Program-made: the position numbers and the translations under genes
From: a virus
Length of the DNA stretch: 64,000 bases
Virus record (IMG/VR): IMGVR_UViG_3300025881_000010
Coordinates: 18,527 to 82,526 of that record
Direction: 5' to 3' (one strand)
Notes under the pieces: generated by a model
The model's database searches: none
Told to the model about the DNA's origin: nothing
The model's input: the letters and a program-made list of their open reading frames with translations, nothing else
In this document: positions 20,015 to 30,620 of the stretch, piece by piece
Position numbering within the stretch: position 1 is the first letter of the stretch
Layout: each line of letters opens with the position of its first letter

Positions 20015-23005
20015 TTATACGTCGTTTGAAATTCTTACGTTAATAACATTCCCTACTACACTTACAGCAGCGGTACTTCCTAAAGCTCCATCAAGCACTT
20101 TATTGGTTTGCCTTATCGTTTTCCCTGCGCTTGCAACAAATGTGATGTTCCCAGTTCCTTCTTTTTGGTAGGTAGCTATAAAATTATCTGTAGCTCCAAG
20201 GGTGATATTGATGGCATTCGTACTGTGCTTAATAACATTGTTTCTACCATTTTGAGAATAACCACCATCGCTTAAAGTTTCAGAAGTGATACTTACTTCA
20301 GTAGTAATGGTTGTCTGGCGAATGTCTGTGTAATTCTTTGCAGCAGTAATTGCTTCAGCTTTGGCGGTGGCGATTTCAGCAGTGGTTGCATAATCTGAAG
20401 ATTCTAAAGTACTAATTCTAGCTTCATAATCATTATCTAAATCAACACTTTCCTCTTCAGAATATTTGTAGTAGTCATCAATAGTTCCTAAAGTAGTGCC
20501 TAAATATTCATAGTTAGCACGTCCAGCTGTTACTGTTGGATCTGAGGAAGCATCATTTACTCTAAATTGATCTAAATCAAATTGAGTATTTTGATCAGCA
20601 ATCATATCAGAAATAGTAGCATACACTTTAGTAAGCCCAGAACCTCCAGAAGAACCTCCTAGTAAGCTTGAATCTAAAAAAGGACGTTTATCCCATCCTA
20701 ACTTCAAGGCGTTAAAAGACTGTCTAGAAACACCTGAATCACCTTTAAAACAATGTATTCTGTCTGTCTGATCTACAAAATAATATTTATCAAATAGATC
20801 TGTATAAACAAATCTATTTCTAAAAAAGTCTTTGGCATAAATAGTTTGTGGGTCCTGAAGAATGAATAACGCTTGATCTTTATTCCATTCAAAAACTTCA
20901 TAAGAAAAATCTTCTTTAGGCCAGAATATATATTTTGTAAGTCCTGTAAAATTAATATTACTGAACTTTGCATCTTGCTGTGATCTTGCAGCAAACCCAA
21001 CTTGTCCAAAATTTTTGAATGGTTCTAATTCTGGAAAATCAACAATCATAGCATCAATATCTACAATTATTTCTGTAGCTTCATCTATAACTGTACTTCC
21101 AAATTGAGAGGTTTTAAATGTAAAAACATTTCCTGTTCTATTGATAGAACCTTTTGAAGGACCGTTTGTAGTCCAACCTCCATTAGCTCCATTAGGATAT
21201 GGAGCTAAATCAGTTCCTTCAACTATTACTTTTTGATTTGTTTGAGCAAAATTATAATATATTCTATAAGTCCAATCTCCTTGACCTGAATTTTCAATCA
21301 TACATCTAATTAAAGATAAAGTATATTCATATCCTGTTTCTGGATCTTTATAAAACGCAGCGATTAAAGCAATAAAATCATCATCATCATTACTTGAAGA
21401 CATTATAGCTTCAAAATCATAATTTCCAAAAGGTCTTGGTGAAATATAACCTGTATAGCAATGATAATTTCTATTAAGACTGATAGAATCATCTGCAGCA
21501 TTATAATTCCAAGCTGTTTTATTATAAAATTCTTCAGCAGTTAAACTTACTCCAGGTCCATCATTAGGGTTTAACGCTGGAAAGTTTGGTGGTGATTTAG
21601 CACCTGTTCCTCCATTAGCTCCATGTTCACCATTATAATGAGAAAACATTTCCCAAGTATCAAAGACTTTTTCTAAAGTAAATCCTTCAGCTGTAGCTAT
21701 GTCAAATTCTTCTTGACTTTGAACTATAATATTTTCTAATAATAACCAATCTGGAATTACCTTATTAGTTCCTTCTTCAGATATAAAATAGATTTGATCT
21801 TTTAATCCTTTAGGCAAACCAAAAGGACTAGGAATTACAGGTAGTTGATCTAAATCATAATAGTTGTTTGTTTGTCCAGCAAGACCTACAGTAAATAATT
21901 GATTACCTCCTTGACTAATTGTTATAGCTCCTGTTTCTGGATCTACAGAAACAGATGCTACATATTTAGAAAGATTTATTTCATGTGGAGTTCCATCAGT
22001 TTCATAAACTACCCATACATCTGCATCATCTGGATCAGGTTCTATTTTATCAATATTAATATCTAATACTGCAGCAGGAATTAATGGGGTAAAATCAAAT
22101 TCTCTATAATATTCTACTCCAGTTTCATTTCTGTAAAACCAACGTACTTTTTTTGTGCCGGCAACATGTTCAATTTTAGTTAGATCTGTAATTGTTTCAA
22201 AAAACTTTTTCAAGTTTATTTGACCAATTTCATTTCTATTAGCTCTATTATTTAAATCTGTAACTGTAATGCTTGTTGAATCACCTCTTTGATCTTCATA
22301 AGATTGTTGGAATTCTTGACCGTTAACAAGTCTTAGTGTTAATGTTATGATTCTTTTACCATTAACATCTACAGATGGAGATACGTCAAAATAATTAAGA
22401 GGATTATCTATAGGGGTACCATCTCCACCATTAGGCTGTAAAACAAAATTCTTTTTGACGTTTACATTTTCCCACGGAATAGGACAAAATATTTGTGTTG
22501 CTGTTTCTAATTGAGATACAGTAGATCTCACAGAAAACTTGAATTCTAAATCAGAATTACGAATACCAATTCCTTGAATGGTAATCATATCTGCAGTGTT
22601 ATTAGGATCAACAAATACAAGCAAACCATTATAGTTTGCTATCATTTTATATCCTAAATCATTTTGAGTTTGAATTATTGTATCTAATTCATTTTCAAAA
22701 CGATAAAGAACTCCATTATGAATAACATAATTTGAAGGAACTCTAAATTCTAAATTCTGAGCATTTACAGAAAAAAATGTATCATTAATTTGTAATGGAT
22801 TTTCATTTAAATAAAGAAAATTATTTTCTATTGGTAAACTTTTTATAGTTACCAATCCCGGATTCCCATTTAATAGATCTTGCCAATTTTTAGAAAATGA
22901 ATTTTGATCAAAAACATTAATAGGATATTTTATCAATAAAGAATTCTTCTCTACTGAAGGTTTATATTTTGATTCTCCGGATTGATGAAATCTTGCTAAT
23001 GCCAT
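20015..23005 (-). CDS. Tail fibre/spike protein with lectin-like domain (996 aa)
   Basis: DDDDFIALIAAF lectin-like motif, DASSDPTV motif, YEARISTLE...AKNYTD fibre coiled-coil motif. Confidence 0.7.
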   Translation of the reverse strand: MALARFHQSGESKYKPSVEKNSLLIKYPINVFDQNSFSKNWQDLLNGNPGLVTIKSLPIENNFLYLNENPLQINDTFFSVNAQNLEFRVPSNYVIHNGVLYRFENELDTIIQTQNDLGYKMIANYNGLLVFVDPNNTADMITIQGIGIRNSDLEFKFSVRSTVSQLETATQIFCPIPWENVNVKKNFVLQPNGGDGTPIDNPLNYFDVSPSVDVNGKRIITLTLRLVNGQEFQQSYEDQRGDSTSITVTDLNNRANRNEIGQINLKKFFETITDLTKIEHVAGTKKVRWFYRNETGVEYYREFDFTPLIPAAVLDINIDKIEPDPDDADVWVVYETDGTPHEINLSKYVASVSVDPETGAITISQGGNQLFTVGLAGQTNNYYDLDQLPVIPSPFGLPKGLKDQIYFISEEGTNKVIPDWLLLENIIVQSQEEFDIATAEGFTLEKVFDTWEMFSHYNGEHGANGGTGAKSPPNFPALNPNDGPGVSLTAEEFYNKTAWNYNAADDSISLNRNYHCYTGYISPRPFGNYDFEAIMSSSNDDDDFIALIAAFYKDPETGYEYTLSLIRCMIENSGQGDWTYRIYYNFAQTNQKVIVEGTDLAPYPNGANGGWTTNGPSKGSINRTGNVFTFKTSQFGSTVIDEATEIIVDIDAMIVDFPELEPFKNFGQVGFAARSQQDAKFSNINFTGLTKYIFWPKEDFSYEVFEWNKDQALFILQDPQTIYAKDFFRNRFVYTDLFDKYYFVDQTDRIHCFKGDSGVSRQSFNALKLGWDKRPFLDSSLLGGSSGGSGLTKVYATISDMIADQNTQFDLDQFRVNDASSDPTVTAGRANYEYLGTTLGTIDDYYKYSEEESVDLDNDYEARISTLESSDYATTAEIATAKAEAITAAKNYTDIRQTTITTEVSITSETLSDGGYSQNGRNNVIKHSTNAINITLGATDNFIATYQKEGTGNITFVASAGKTIRQTNKVLDGALGSTAAVSVVGNVINVRISNDV

Positions 23006-23006
23006 A

Positions 23007-23483
23007 TTAATTTACCCATTGTCCGTTTACAGCATCTCTAATTGAAAAATCAAATACATCTATTTCTGAAGAACCAGGAACACCGTAATGAGAGAAATCA
23101 AAATTAGGATCTAATAACTGTAAGCGAGTGATTATTGTATCTTTTGTAATTGGTTGATTATTTATTAAAAAGTAACCTATGTTGGTTTTATAAGGATCTA
23201 AGTCTTTTAATAATACAGCATCCAATAAGTCATTTTCTTTATCGTTATATGGAGGTGCAGCTATAGATGTGAAATAATCTAAAGTGATTCTTGTCTTTAC
23301 TCCTGAAGGAATATAAACATCAATATTTCCTATTGTAGGTGCTTCGTTACTTTCCGGATCTGGACCATTACCATTATCATTCGTGAAATCTAAAACAAGT
23401 ACTCTGTTTAGATACCCTTTAGAATATGATATTCCATTGTGGAATGCTCCACCTATTTTTATTTTATTTAAATAGCCAGCCAT
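23007..23483 (-). CDS. Tail-associated protein, cadherin/Ig-like (158 aa)
   Basis: NEAPT...F.FSIRD Ig-like pattern; in the tail block. Confidence 0.45.
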   Translation of the reverse strand: MAGYLNKIKIGGAFHNGISYSKGYLNRVLVLDFTNDNGNGPDPESNEAPTIGNIDVYIPSGVKTRITLDYFTSIAAPPYNDKENDLLDAVLLKDLDPYKTNIGYFLINNQPITKDTIITRLQLLDPNFDFSHYGVPGSSEIDVFDFSIRDAVNGQWVN

Positions 23484-23944
23484 TCCGGTTGTATTGCTTC
23501 TGGAGTTAAATAAAGAATTTTAGGATCATCTTCATCTGCATTGATCAAATCAATATATTCTTGTTCACTTGCAAGAAATTTGATTTCACTTAAATCAGCG
23601 CTTTCAATCATATTGACAATATCTTGTGTTGTCAATTTATCTTCTTGAAAGAAGTTAAAAGTTCTACCTGAATAATCTATACCTATCGCTTGGCTTCCGG
23701 CAGGATAAGTAAAATGAGTTGCAAGAAGACCAGGGCCATCATCGATTTTTACTTCTCTCCACTGATAACGTGTTTTATTTTCGTTCACATAAGCAAGCAT
23801 ACCTTCGTAATACTTGAATGCATTATTATTTCCGGCTCCTAAATTTTTAATATCAGTAAGCGTTAAAAAAAAGGTTTTTCCATCCAATGGTATTTGACCA
23901 TTAGAAATAAGCGCGGTAAGAATATTGGAGGCAGTTCCTATCAT
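23468..23944 (-). CDS. Tail hub / fibre-attachment protein (158 aa)
   Basis: PLD...Y.GM..YV motif typical of crAss-like fibre N-termini. Confidence 0.5.
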   Translation of the reverse strand: MIGTASNILTALISNGQIPLDGKTFFLTLTDIKNLGAGNNNAFKYYEGMLAYVNENKTRYQWREVKIDDGPGLLATHFTYPAGSQAIGIDYSGRTFNFFQEDKLTTQDIVNMIESADLSEIKFLASEQEYIDLINADEDDPKILYLTPEAIQPEWLAI

Positions 23945-24960
23945 AATTTAATGAATTTGTAGAATACGTTTGAAGTAGTGTAATATTCCTTAGAGATAAA
24001 AATCTCAAAAGTTCCATCATAAATTCTATTGAAAGCAGTTTCATTTACAATGTTCCCAATAATATCAGTTATTTGAAATTGGTTATCTGTATTGGTTTTT
24101 ATAGCAAAACCAATACGGCCAGTAGTTTGATACATTACAAATTTACCAGCTTCTAAATCTGATTGTAAATGAAGCTCAGCATTTAAATCTAAATAAGCTT
24201 GATCAATTAAATTGCTTTGATTGATATCGTCAGTTAGATTTTGAAATTGAAATGAATAAATTGGTATTTGTTCTCCTTCCACGGTTCCAGTATTTGATGA
24301 ATATTCAGTTTCTTTTACATTGCAAAAACATCTATTGATGTGAGAATACAATAGCGCTTCCATAGTACTATACTTCCAAGTATTGGCTATTCTTTCCCAT
24401 TCTTCAGGAGTGCTTGGCATAACATCATCTCCTATAGCTTCAGCAAGTCTATTTTCATATTCTATTTCCATATCAAGATATACTTGCTTACCGATTTCTC
24501 GATTATAATATCTTGGACGATTTATAAAATAAGTTACTCCAGCAGTGATCGCTTCAGCATGATTTTCAGGAATAACAGGATTACCATTTCCATCTAATAG
24601 CAAAGCATAATAAATAAGATTGAATTCATCTCTGGAGAAACCTTCACAGAAGAAAAGGTAATTACCTTGAATGATATAATCATCCGGACACATTCCCTGA
24701 GTACACATTCCAACGGCTTCTAGTGAAACTACATCTGCAGGAATTTTAACTTTAAAACGTTTTCCATCAGTAACGATACCACCGTTAAGCTTGCTGAATT
24801 TTATTTTTTTGAGAATTACTGAAGCTCCATAACCAAGATCTTTTTCGATTCTTGATATATGCCGTAGAATAGCCGGCTTCATTGAATTGATATTATCAAT
24901 TCCGTTATCATCTTGAATTTGTTGCAAAATGGTTTCGAATGGAACTAAATTGGAGTACAT
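23941..24960 (-). CDS. Tail ring/tubular protein
   Basis: Y.IQGNY...LIYYA..D.NG.P.IP motif of P22 gp4-like crAss ring proteins; synteny. Confidence 0.65.
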   Translation of the reverse strand: MYSNLVPFETILQQIQDDNGIDNINSMKPAILRHISRIEKDLGYGASVILKKIKFSKLNGGIVTDGKRFKVKIPADVVSLEAVGMCTQGMCPDDYIIQGNYLFFCEGFSRDEFNLIYYALLLDGNGNPVIPENHAEAITAGVTYFINRPRYYNREIGKQVYLDMEIEYENRLAEAIGDDVMPSTPEEWERIANTWKYSTMEALLYSHINRCFCNVKETEYSSNTGTVEGEQIPIYSFQFQNLTDDINQSNLIDQAYLDLNAELHLQSDLEAGKFVMYQTTGRIGFAIKTNTDNQFQITDIIGNIVNETAFNRIYDGTFEIFISKEYYTTSNVFYKFIKL

Positions 24961-25478
24961 ATATATAACGTTTTATTAAGTTTGCCCCTCTTAAATTCCG
25001 AGCTAAATATAGGCAATAAATCTTTGTTAAAATTATCTTTATATAAATTTTCGATCTCTGGTAGTCGATTGCTTGAGCCTGTAAGCTTTTTTATCTTGAC
25101 CATATAGAACATTTTTTGACTAGCTCTCATGTACCAATATAAACCTATAGCACCATCACTTCTACTGAATTTCTTTTCAGCTTTTCCTTTGGCCATTTTT
25201 CGAGCCCATTTTTTATAAATTACTTTCTTTAAAAATCCACCAAGAAAAAAATATATTGGAGATTCATTCATATAGAAATCATAGAAGTAAACTTTAAAAT
25301 ATTCTAATATGATTTTTTTATATAATGAAAGTGGTACCGGTTGAGGTTTCTTTTTTCTAGTCTTTTCACCAAGACAAAAAAGAGAAGGCGGGTACCTTCT
25401 CTTTTCAAGTTGAAACATGTCAAAAAAATATTTTACACTAAGTACTTCAATTTTAGATTTCTCTTTTTTCTTGATCAT
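24945..25478 (-). CDS. Basic IHF-like protein of the crAss structural module
   Basis: Very Lys-rich; sits between ring genes like the crAss IHF-family gene; ATG 25478 preferred over TTG 25487. Confidence 0.5.
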   Translation of the reverse strand: MIKKKEKSKIEVLSVKYFFDMFQLEKRRYPPSLFCLGEKTRKKKPQPVPLSLYKKIILEYFKVYFYDFYMNESPIYFFLGGFLKKVIYKKWARKMAKGKAEKKFSRSDGAIGLYWYMRASQKMFYMVKIKKLTGSSNRLPEIENLYKDNFNKDLLPIFSSEFKRGKLNKTLYICTPI

Positions 25479-26160
25479 CTTTAGCATCGTTTTTCATATC
25501 TCCAACATCATCAGTTCTTGCTCTTAAAAATATGTTGAACTCACGAGCATTTACAGAATTAATTAGATCTTCGGTTAATTCATCAGGAAATGGATAAGGA
25601 GATTTTCTAAAGTTATATCCAGCTTCATCATCAGGATTTACAAGTACAGCTTTTACATTTACTGAAACTTGTTTTTGAGTGAATGACTTGGCTAATTTTC
25701 TAACTATGATATTCAATTCTGATTGAGAATCATCATTGAAATCATTAGGCTGAATTAGTCCAGGATATAATTCTAATTTATTATTTACATACTGCAGCAT
25801 AGGTTGATATTTATTAAATCTATGCTTCTGATTGTTTCTAAATTCTCCGGGGGGAACTATCGCAATTGGATAGGTATCTATATCAGCTATTAACCCGAAG
25901 TAATTTTCAAAACGGATAGTCTTGGGGAGCGCCGGTGATAAGTAAACTTCGGATTGTAAGCTGAATGGAATAGGACCTAAGTCTTGATAGACTTCGATAG
26001 GCATGTTCTTACCATTCTTGTAATTTCTGGCAAGATGCTTACCTCTATGAATTCTAAGAAATGCGCGTAGCAATCTCTCATTTATAGGATCATCTTGGTT
26101 GTACTGACCACCTCTGACAATCTCATGAATTCCGTATATGATTTCTAATTCTGTTTTCAT
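25453..26160 (-). CDS. Tail ring/adaptor protein (235 aa)
   Basis: C-terminal V..NP...YP.P motif; crAss synteny. Confidence 0.6.
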   Translation of the reverse strand: MKTELEIIYGIHEIVRGGQYNQDDPINERLLRAFLRIHRGKHLARNYKNGKNMPIEVYQDLGPIPFSLQSEVYLSPALPKTIRFENYFGLIADIDTYPIAIVPPGEFRNNQKHRFNKYQPMLQYVNNKLELYPGLIQPNDFNDDSQSELNIIVRKLAKSFTQKQVSVNVKAVLVNPDDEAGYNFRKSPYPFPDELTEDLINSVNAREFNIFLRARTDDVGDMKNDAKDDQEKREI

Positions 26161-26804
26161 TATTTAAATACTTTAGCGAAAGATTCTTCTAAACTATTAT
26201 TTACTTGCACTCTTTCATCTCCAGTACTTTTAAATACATGAGTACAGACTTTTAGAATAATTTCTTCAATACTATCATCAGGCAAATCAACAATTCTATT
26301 GTCTTTTTTTCCTGTAGTAGCAAAGCTTGGTTTTTTACAGTAAACCAACTTTAAATATTCTGGAACATAGATTCCAGATCTAATACCAAATAAATTTGCT
26401 TCTTGAACAATTTCAGGATAATCCTTTGTAGCTTCTCTATAAGGATTGTTTCTATCCATGTTAGAGCGTGCGTGTTGCTTTAAATCTGCACGGATGCACT
26501 TAGAGCCATCTTTGTAAATAACGTCATAAGCGACAAGCCTATGGTAATTTACAGGAAGAGGTGTGATAAACCTTTCGGTATCATTTTCATCTCTAATGGC
26601 AATAACTTTTTTATTCTTAATTAGTGGCCGAATTGCTTCGACCACTTCTTGAGTTTTTTCTATGACTTTAAGCTGACTATTTACAAAGTCGTAAGTTGAG
26701 GTTTCAAAATACATAAGTAGCACCTTCATAACAAAGTAATCAGATCCTATTTTATCACAAAAGACTTTCATCTTTTCGTCAATTCCGGCTAGTGAATAGT
26801 CCAT
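26160..26804 (-). CDS. Head-tail adaptor ring protein (214 aa)
   Basis: LP.NY...NPY...Y.KKP...LP....EEI motifs; synteny. Confidence 0.6.
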   Translation of the reverse strand: MDYSLAGIDEKMKVFCDKIGSDYFVMKVLLMYFETSTYDFVNSQLKVIEKTQEVVEAIRPLIKNKKVIAIRDENDTERFITPLPVNYHRLVAYDVIYKDGSKCIRADLKQHARSNMDRNNPYREATKDYPEIVQEANLFGIRSGIYVPEYLKLVYCKKPSFATTGKKDNRIVDLPDDSIEEIILKVCTHVFKSTGDERVQVNNSLEESFAKVFK

Positions 26805-26817
26805 ACTTAAAGGGAGA

Positions 26818-27660
26818 TTATTTTCTTAGTTCAGTGTATAATTCTTCAACTAATTGCTGATAGAAATCAGGATTCTTTTCAAAGTAGTCAACTACTCTTT
26901 CTTTAGAAATACCAATGTTTCTACCTCTATACTTGAATACAGCTCCATCAATATCTATGATGTTGATACGTACCATTTCTGTAATTTCGAAATTGTACTG
27001 AGCTTCTTTCATGTTGTCAAGAATTCTATTCACGTTTTCAGCATTCTTATAAGAACTACGTACATACTTCTTCAGAATACTTTTAAGTTTTAATAATTCT
27101 TTCCCAGGATCATTCATCAACTTCTCTTCACGATATTGCAATCCAAGAGCATTTAAAATGTATCTGGTTCTATCTAATCCTAAAGTTTTACCTTTTTCAG
27201 AAGAGATGTAACCTACAAGTTGATCAATATAATTTTCTTGTTCGATATCTTCAACATCTTGATGGTCAAGATTTTTTAGCGTATAAAGCGGATTGCTTCT
27301 TTTCTTGCTATATCTTTTGTCGTCCAAGTGGACTTGCTCATTGTTGATACCTATTTCCGGATGCTTGATTAAGTGATCAAGGTCCAATAGATCTTGTCTA
27401 TTTTCTGAAGGCTTGTAATTCTTAATTACTTTGTCAATCCAAACACCGTGTTTATGTCCACCTTGAGCATTCTCAGGATAAACATCTTTACCGGAAGTTG
27501 GATCCTTATAGCTACCGATCATACGGCCACTAAATCCTTCAATTCCTAACTTGTTAGTTAGCTTAACTCTTAATTGCCAAGTACCTCGCATAATTCCTTC
27601 GCGAAGCATCTGGTCTCTTTTCTTCAATTTTTCAATTTTGTCTTCGTGTAATGTTTCCAT
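26818..27660 (-). CDS. Conserved crAss-like structural protein downstream of the major capsid gene (280 aa)
   Basis: Position immediately after the MCP gene; helical. Confidence 0.5.
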   Translation of the reverse strand: METLHEDKIEKLKKRDQMLREGIMRGTWQLRVKLTNKLGIEGFSGRMIGSYKDPTSGKDVYPENAQGGHKHGVWIDKVIKNYKPSENRQDLLDLDHLIKHPEIGINNEQVHLDDKRYSKKRSNPLYTLKNLDHQDVEDIEQENYIDQLVGYISSEKGKTLGLDRTRYILNALGLQYREEKLMNDPGKELLKLKSILKKYVRSSYKNAENVNRILDNMKEAQYNFEITEMVRINIIDIDGAVFKYRGRNIGISKERVVDYFEKNPDFYQQLVEELYTELRK

Positions 27661-27670
27661 GGTTATAATA

Positions 27671-27702
27671 ATAAAAAGCTACCTCCAGTGCGGAGGTAGC
27701 TT
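27671..27702 (-). terminator. Intrinsic terminator after the major capsid gene
   Basis: AAGCTACCTCC-AGTGC-GGAGGTAGCTT, 11-bp stem plus T-tract. Confidence 0.85.
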
Positions 27703-27718
27703 GATTAATAAAAACTAT

Positions 27719-29386
27719 CTAAAAAATGAAATCAGTAGCTTTTTGTCCAGCGATAGTAGTACCGTTAAGATCTCCACCATCCCAAACTGCTGAAGCTTTT
27801 AAGATACCACAAGAACGAGTATCATAAAGAACAGCCATTTGCTCAGAAAGCATATGCACAGCGCATCCATCAAAACCACTTGCCGCATGGCTAGAGTTTT
27901 TGCTAGAAGGATCGAAAGATGTCATACCATCTACAAACTTACGTTTGTGCTCTCTTTCTTGACGAGATATGATCTCGAAGTTACCAACTCCATCTACAGA
28001 AGTCGTGTTGATTATGTAGATGTTACCAGTACCCACAAGTCCACCGTTTGTAGGAAATAAACCTGGGTGGTTGAAGATTTCATCTTCGATGATAGTAATC
28101 TTGTTGTTCAAGTACTCATAAGTAGTAACATTGAATCCAAGAGTAACATCTTGTCCAGTTGTGATGTTGTAAACAATATTGTTTCCACCACCATTTCCTG
28201 AATCAAATTGAAGAAGTTTCTTCATACCTCTATCAAAAGCTGTTCTACCAATACGGTCAGTTACAGCTAAGAACTCATTGTTATCAGTTCCCGCAGGGGA
28301 ACGAGTAGCAAGTACGTTCAATAACGCTTCGATAAGTGTATGAACTAATCCGTTGTTAGGATTATAATCGAATGTTGCGTTGTCTTGAATTTGAGGGATC
28401 CAACCTTCTCCGATTATCGGAGCTGTCATACCTGACTCAGCACGGAAACCAGAAAGCGAAAGCTTATTGGTACCGTAGTTTTCATACCAAGAATGAGTTT
28501 CAGGGTTCATGGTAGTTCTAGAGAAACGTAAAGAAAGTTCGTTGAACATTCTGAACATTTCATCAGCCTTCATAACCTCAGCAAATTCCCAAGAACTTTC
28601 GTTTTGGTTTTTACCGTTCCAGATCTTAGCTACTTTTTGACTTGCAGCTGAACCAGTCATAGTTAATGTGTAACGAGAGATAACTGAATAGTTAATTCTC
28701 CATTTGTTACGAGAAGTTCTTTGGCTACCTTTCATAGACCCTTCACCAAATGCAGAACCACCTTCACCAAGAACGTTTCCGTCAGCTAAGTGTGCTTCGT
28801 CAAAAAGTGGAGCTTCACCAATAAACTTACCATCGTAAACAACGTTGGTTTTATCTGCAGATGCTCTACCAGGTTTCTGAATTAAGAATTGAAGACCAAG
28901 ACCATTGTCTAAGTTCATTCTATCGTTAGGGTTGAATTTGTCTCCAAAAACACCATTATCAGGATCATGAGCAATAGCAATAGAACCTGGAACATCAGTT
29001 TCTACTTTAGTTGCATCAATACCTCCTGTGTATGCTACTGCGCCAGCTTGTCCAGAAATATCCGGACTTGGATTGGCAGCATCAAAATATCCTCCGATAT
29101 AAGCTTTCCCAAAAGAGTAAGCTGGAAGAATATTCATTCCTTCATAAGAAATACGGTAAGCATTATCATTAATGCTTTTATCTCTTTTCATTTTACCAGA
29201 CTGAACCCCTTGGTTCACTCGGCCAGTATTATAAATCCATGACTGGAATTTATTGTACTTTTTAAATAAGTCGAAAGTCTTTCTTTCAACTGCGAAGTCT
29301 TTTGCCATCAAAGTAGTCAGCGAGTTGTCTTCGGTGTGGATTTGGGGATTGAACCTTTCTACAGGTCCACGCATAAGTAATGCCAT
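27719..29386 (-). CDS. Major capsid protein (555 aa)
   Basis: Order terminase-portal-scaffold-MCP, followed by a strong terminator; IGEGWIPQI and ASGFDG motifs resemble crAss-like MCPs. Confidence 0.85.
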   Translation of the reverse strand: MALLMRGPVERFNPQIHTEDNSLTTLMAKDFAVERKTFDLFKKYNKFQSWIYNTGRVNQGVQSGKMKRDKSINDNAYRISYEGMNILPAYSFGKAYIGGYFDAANPSPDISGQAGAVAYTGGIDATKVETDVPGSIAIAHDPDNGVFGDKFNPNDRMNLDNGLGLQFLIQKPGRASADKTNVVYDGKFIGEAPLFDEAHLADGNVLGEGGSAFGEGSMKGSQRTSRNKWRINYSVISRYTLTMTGSAASQKVAKIWNGKNQNESSWEFAEVMKADEMFRMFNELSLRFSRTTMNPETHSWYENYGTNKLSLSGFRAESGMTAPIIGEGWIPQIQDNATFDYNPNNGLVHTLIEALLNVLATRSPAGTDNNEFLAVTDRIGRTAFDRGMKKLLQFDSGNGGGNNIVYNITTGQDVTLGFNVTTYEYLNNKITIIEDEIFNHPGLFPTNGGLVGTGNIYIINTTSVDGVGNFEIISRQEREHKRKFVDGMTSFDPSSKNSSHAASGFDGCAVHMLSEQMAVLYDTRSCGILKASAVWDGGDLNGTTIAGQKATDFIF

Positions 29387-29510
29387 TTTTTTAAATTTTA
29401 AGGTTATAAAAATTTGTTTTTATAGTCCTTAAACTTCACTACCATTGGCTGATCGGTTAAAGGGGGTAATTGTAATAAACATAATTTCAAACGGCTTTGC
29501 CTGTTATCCA

Positions 29511-30566
29511 TTACTTGTCGCTTGTTAAAGCGGAAATTAATCCTTGTTGTGTAGATGCTGAACCACTGGTGCCTCTTCTTTGGGCTTTAGTTAATGTAGA
29601 AGCAGTATTGTTTTCTTCGTTCTTTTCAAACGCATCAATAGCAGCCTTCAGTCCATCACTATAGGTTAATCCGGAACTTTTTTTATAGATTTCTTCTCTA
29701 TACTCCAGTATCGCGGCTAACTCTGTGGCTAATTTAGGATCACCTTTCACTTTTTCAAGGAACTCCCCAGAATTTACAGATTTATAAACCTTGGAAAGTG
29801 TCTTTTTATCAGGATTGATACCAAAAAAACTCTTAGAGTTATGGATATCAACCACTGCATTTTCAATATTTTCTTTTCTAGTACGCTTTAAAGCATTCTC
29901 AGCTTCTTCTTTACGTTTTACAATTTCTTGCTTGGTATTAAGAGCTGGATCTATTTTCAGTTCTTTAATATCTCTACGTAAATTTTTGGCATGAAGACCG
30001 ATAGTTCTATTATCAATGATTTCTTGAAGTTGATTTTCAATTTCATATTGAACATCTTCATCATTAAGATCTTTACCTTCTTGAGCTGCAACCATTTCAT
30101 ATTGCTTTCTCATAAGACCTTCATCATTCATCACTTGAGGATCTACCAATTTCTGATAATAATCTAAAGTGGTTTCCGCACTTTCTAATTTTTGTTCATC
30201 AGTTTTATCATCAGCTTTGTTGTCCTGAGCTTTTAATGCAGTTCTAAATTCTTCAGCGGATTTGAAATCCGTTCCGAATTTAGCATTTAAAGAGGCTAGA
30301 TCTTCATCAGTAATATCTCCTTCCGCTTGCTCTTCTTCTTCTTCTCCGAAGTTAAAAGAATCTTCCTCTTCCTCTTCCTTTTCTTCTTCAGCAGTTTGTT
30401 CAGCCGGTGGATTAGCTGGTGCTGTAGGTGCAGGAATTTCCTCTGCGGGAGTGTTGTCATTTCTAAATTCTGATGTGTCAAAATCATCATCATCAGTTTC
30501 AGTCTCGTTTAAATTACGGCGAAACATTTGATTTTCATCGATAGTATTTTCTTCTGGTCCAGGCAT
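29511..30566 (-). CDS. Scaffold-like acidic protein
   Basis: Highly acidic disordered N-terminus and coiled coils; between portal and MCP. Confidence 0.7.
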   Translation of the reverse strand: MPGPEENTIDENQMFRRNLNETETDDDDFDTSEFRNDNTPAEEIPAPTAPANPPAEQTAEEEKEEEEEDSFNFGEEEEEQAEGDITDEDLASLNAKFGTDFKSAEEFRTALKAQDNKADDKTDEQKLESAETTLDYYQKLVDPQVMNDEGLMRKQYEMVAAQEGKDLNDEDVQYEIENQLQEIIDNRTIGLHAKNLRRDIKELKIDPALNTKQEIVKRKEEAENALKRTRKENIENAVVDIHNSKSFFGINPDKKTLSKVYKSVNSGEFLEKVKGDPKLATELAAILEYREEIYKKSSGLTYSDGLKAAIDAFEKNEENNTASTLTKAQRRGTSGSASTQQGLISALTSDK

Positions 30567-30586
30567 TTTCAAAAATTTATGTTAAA

Positions 30587-30594
30587 CAAATCTA
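30587..30594 (-). promoter_or_regulatory. -7 promoter (TAGATTTG) for scaffold and MCP
   Basis: TAnnTTTG in the intergenic gap, followed by TTTAACATA as in the promoters at 3102 and 35750. Confidence 0.6.
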
Positions 30595-30620
30595 TAAAAA
30601 AATATTAATTATTAAGCTAT

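Noticed and set aside
18436-23005. Diversity-generating retroelement or invertible fibre cassette
   Set aside because: No reverse transcriptase, recombinase or template/variable repeat pair seen in this window
27700-27730. T7 10B-like capsid extension at ATT TTT TAG
   Set aside because: Both shifted frames stop within a few codons, readthrough is out of frame with the next gene, and a terminator follows
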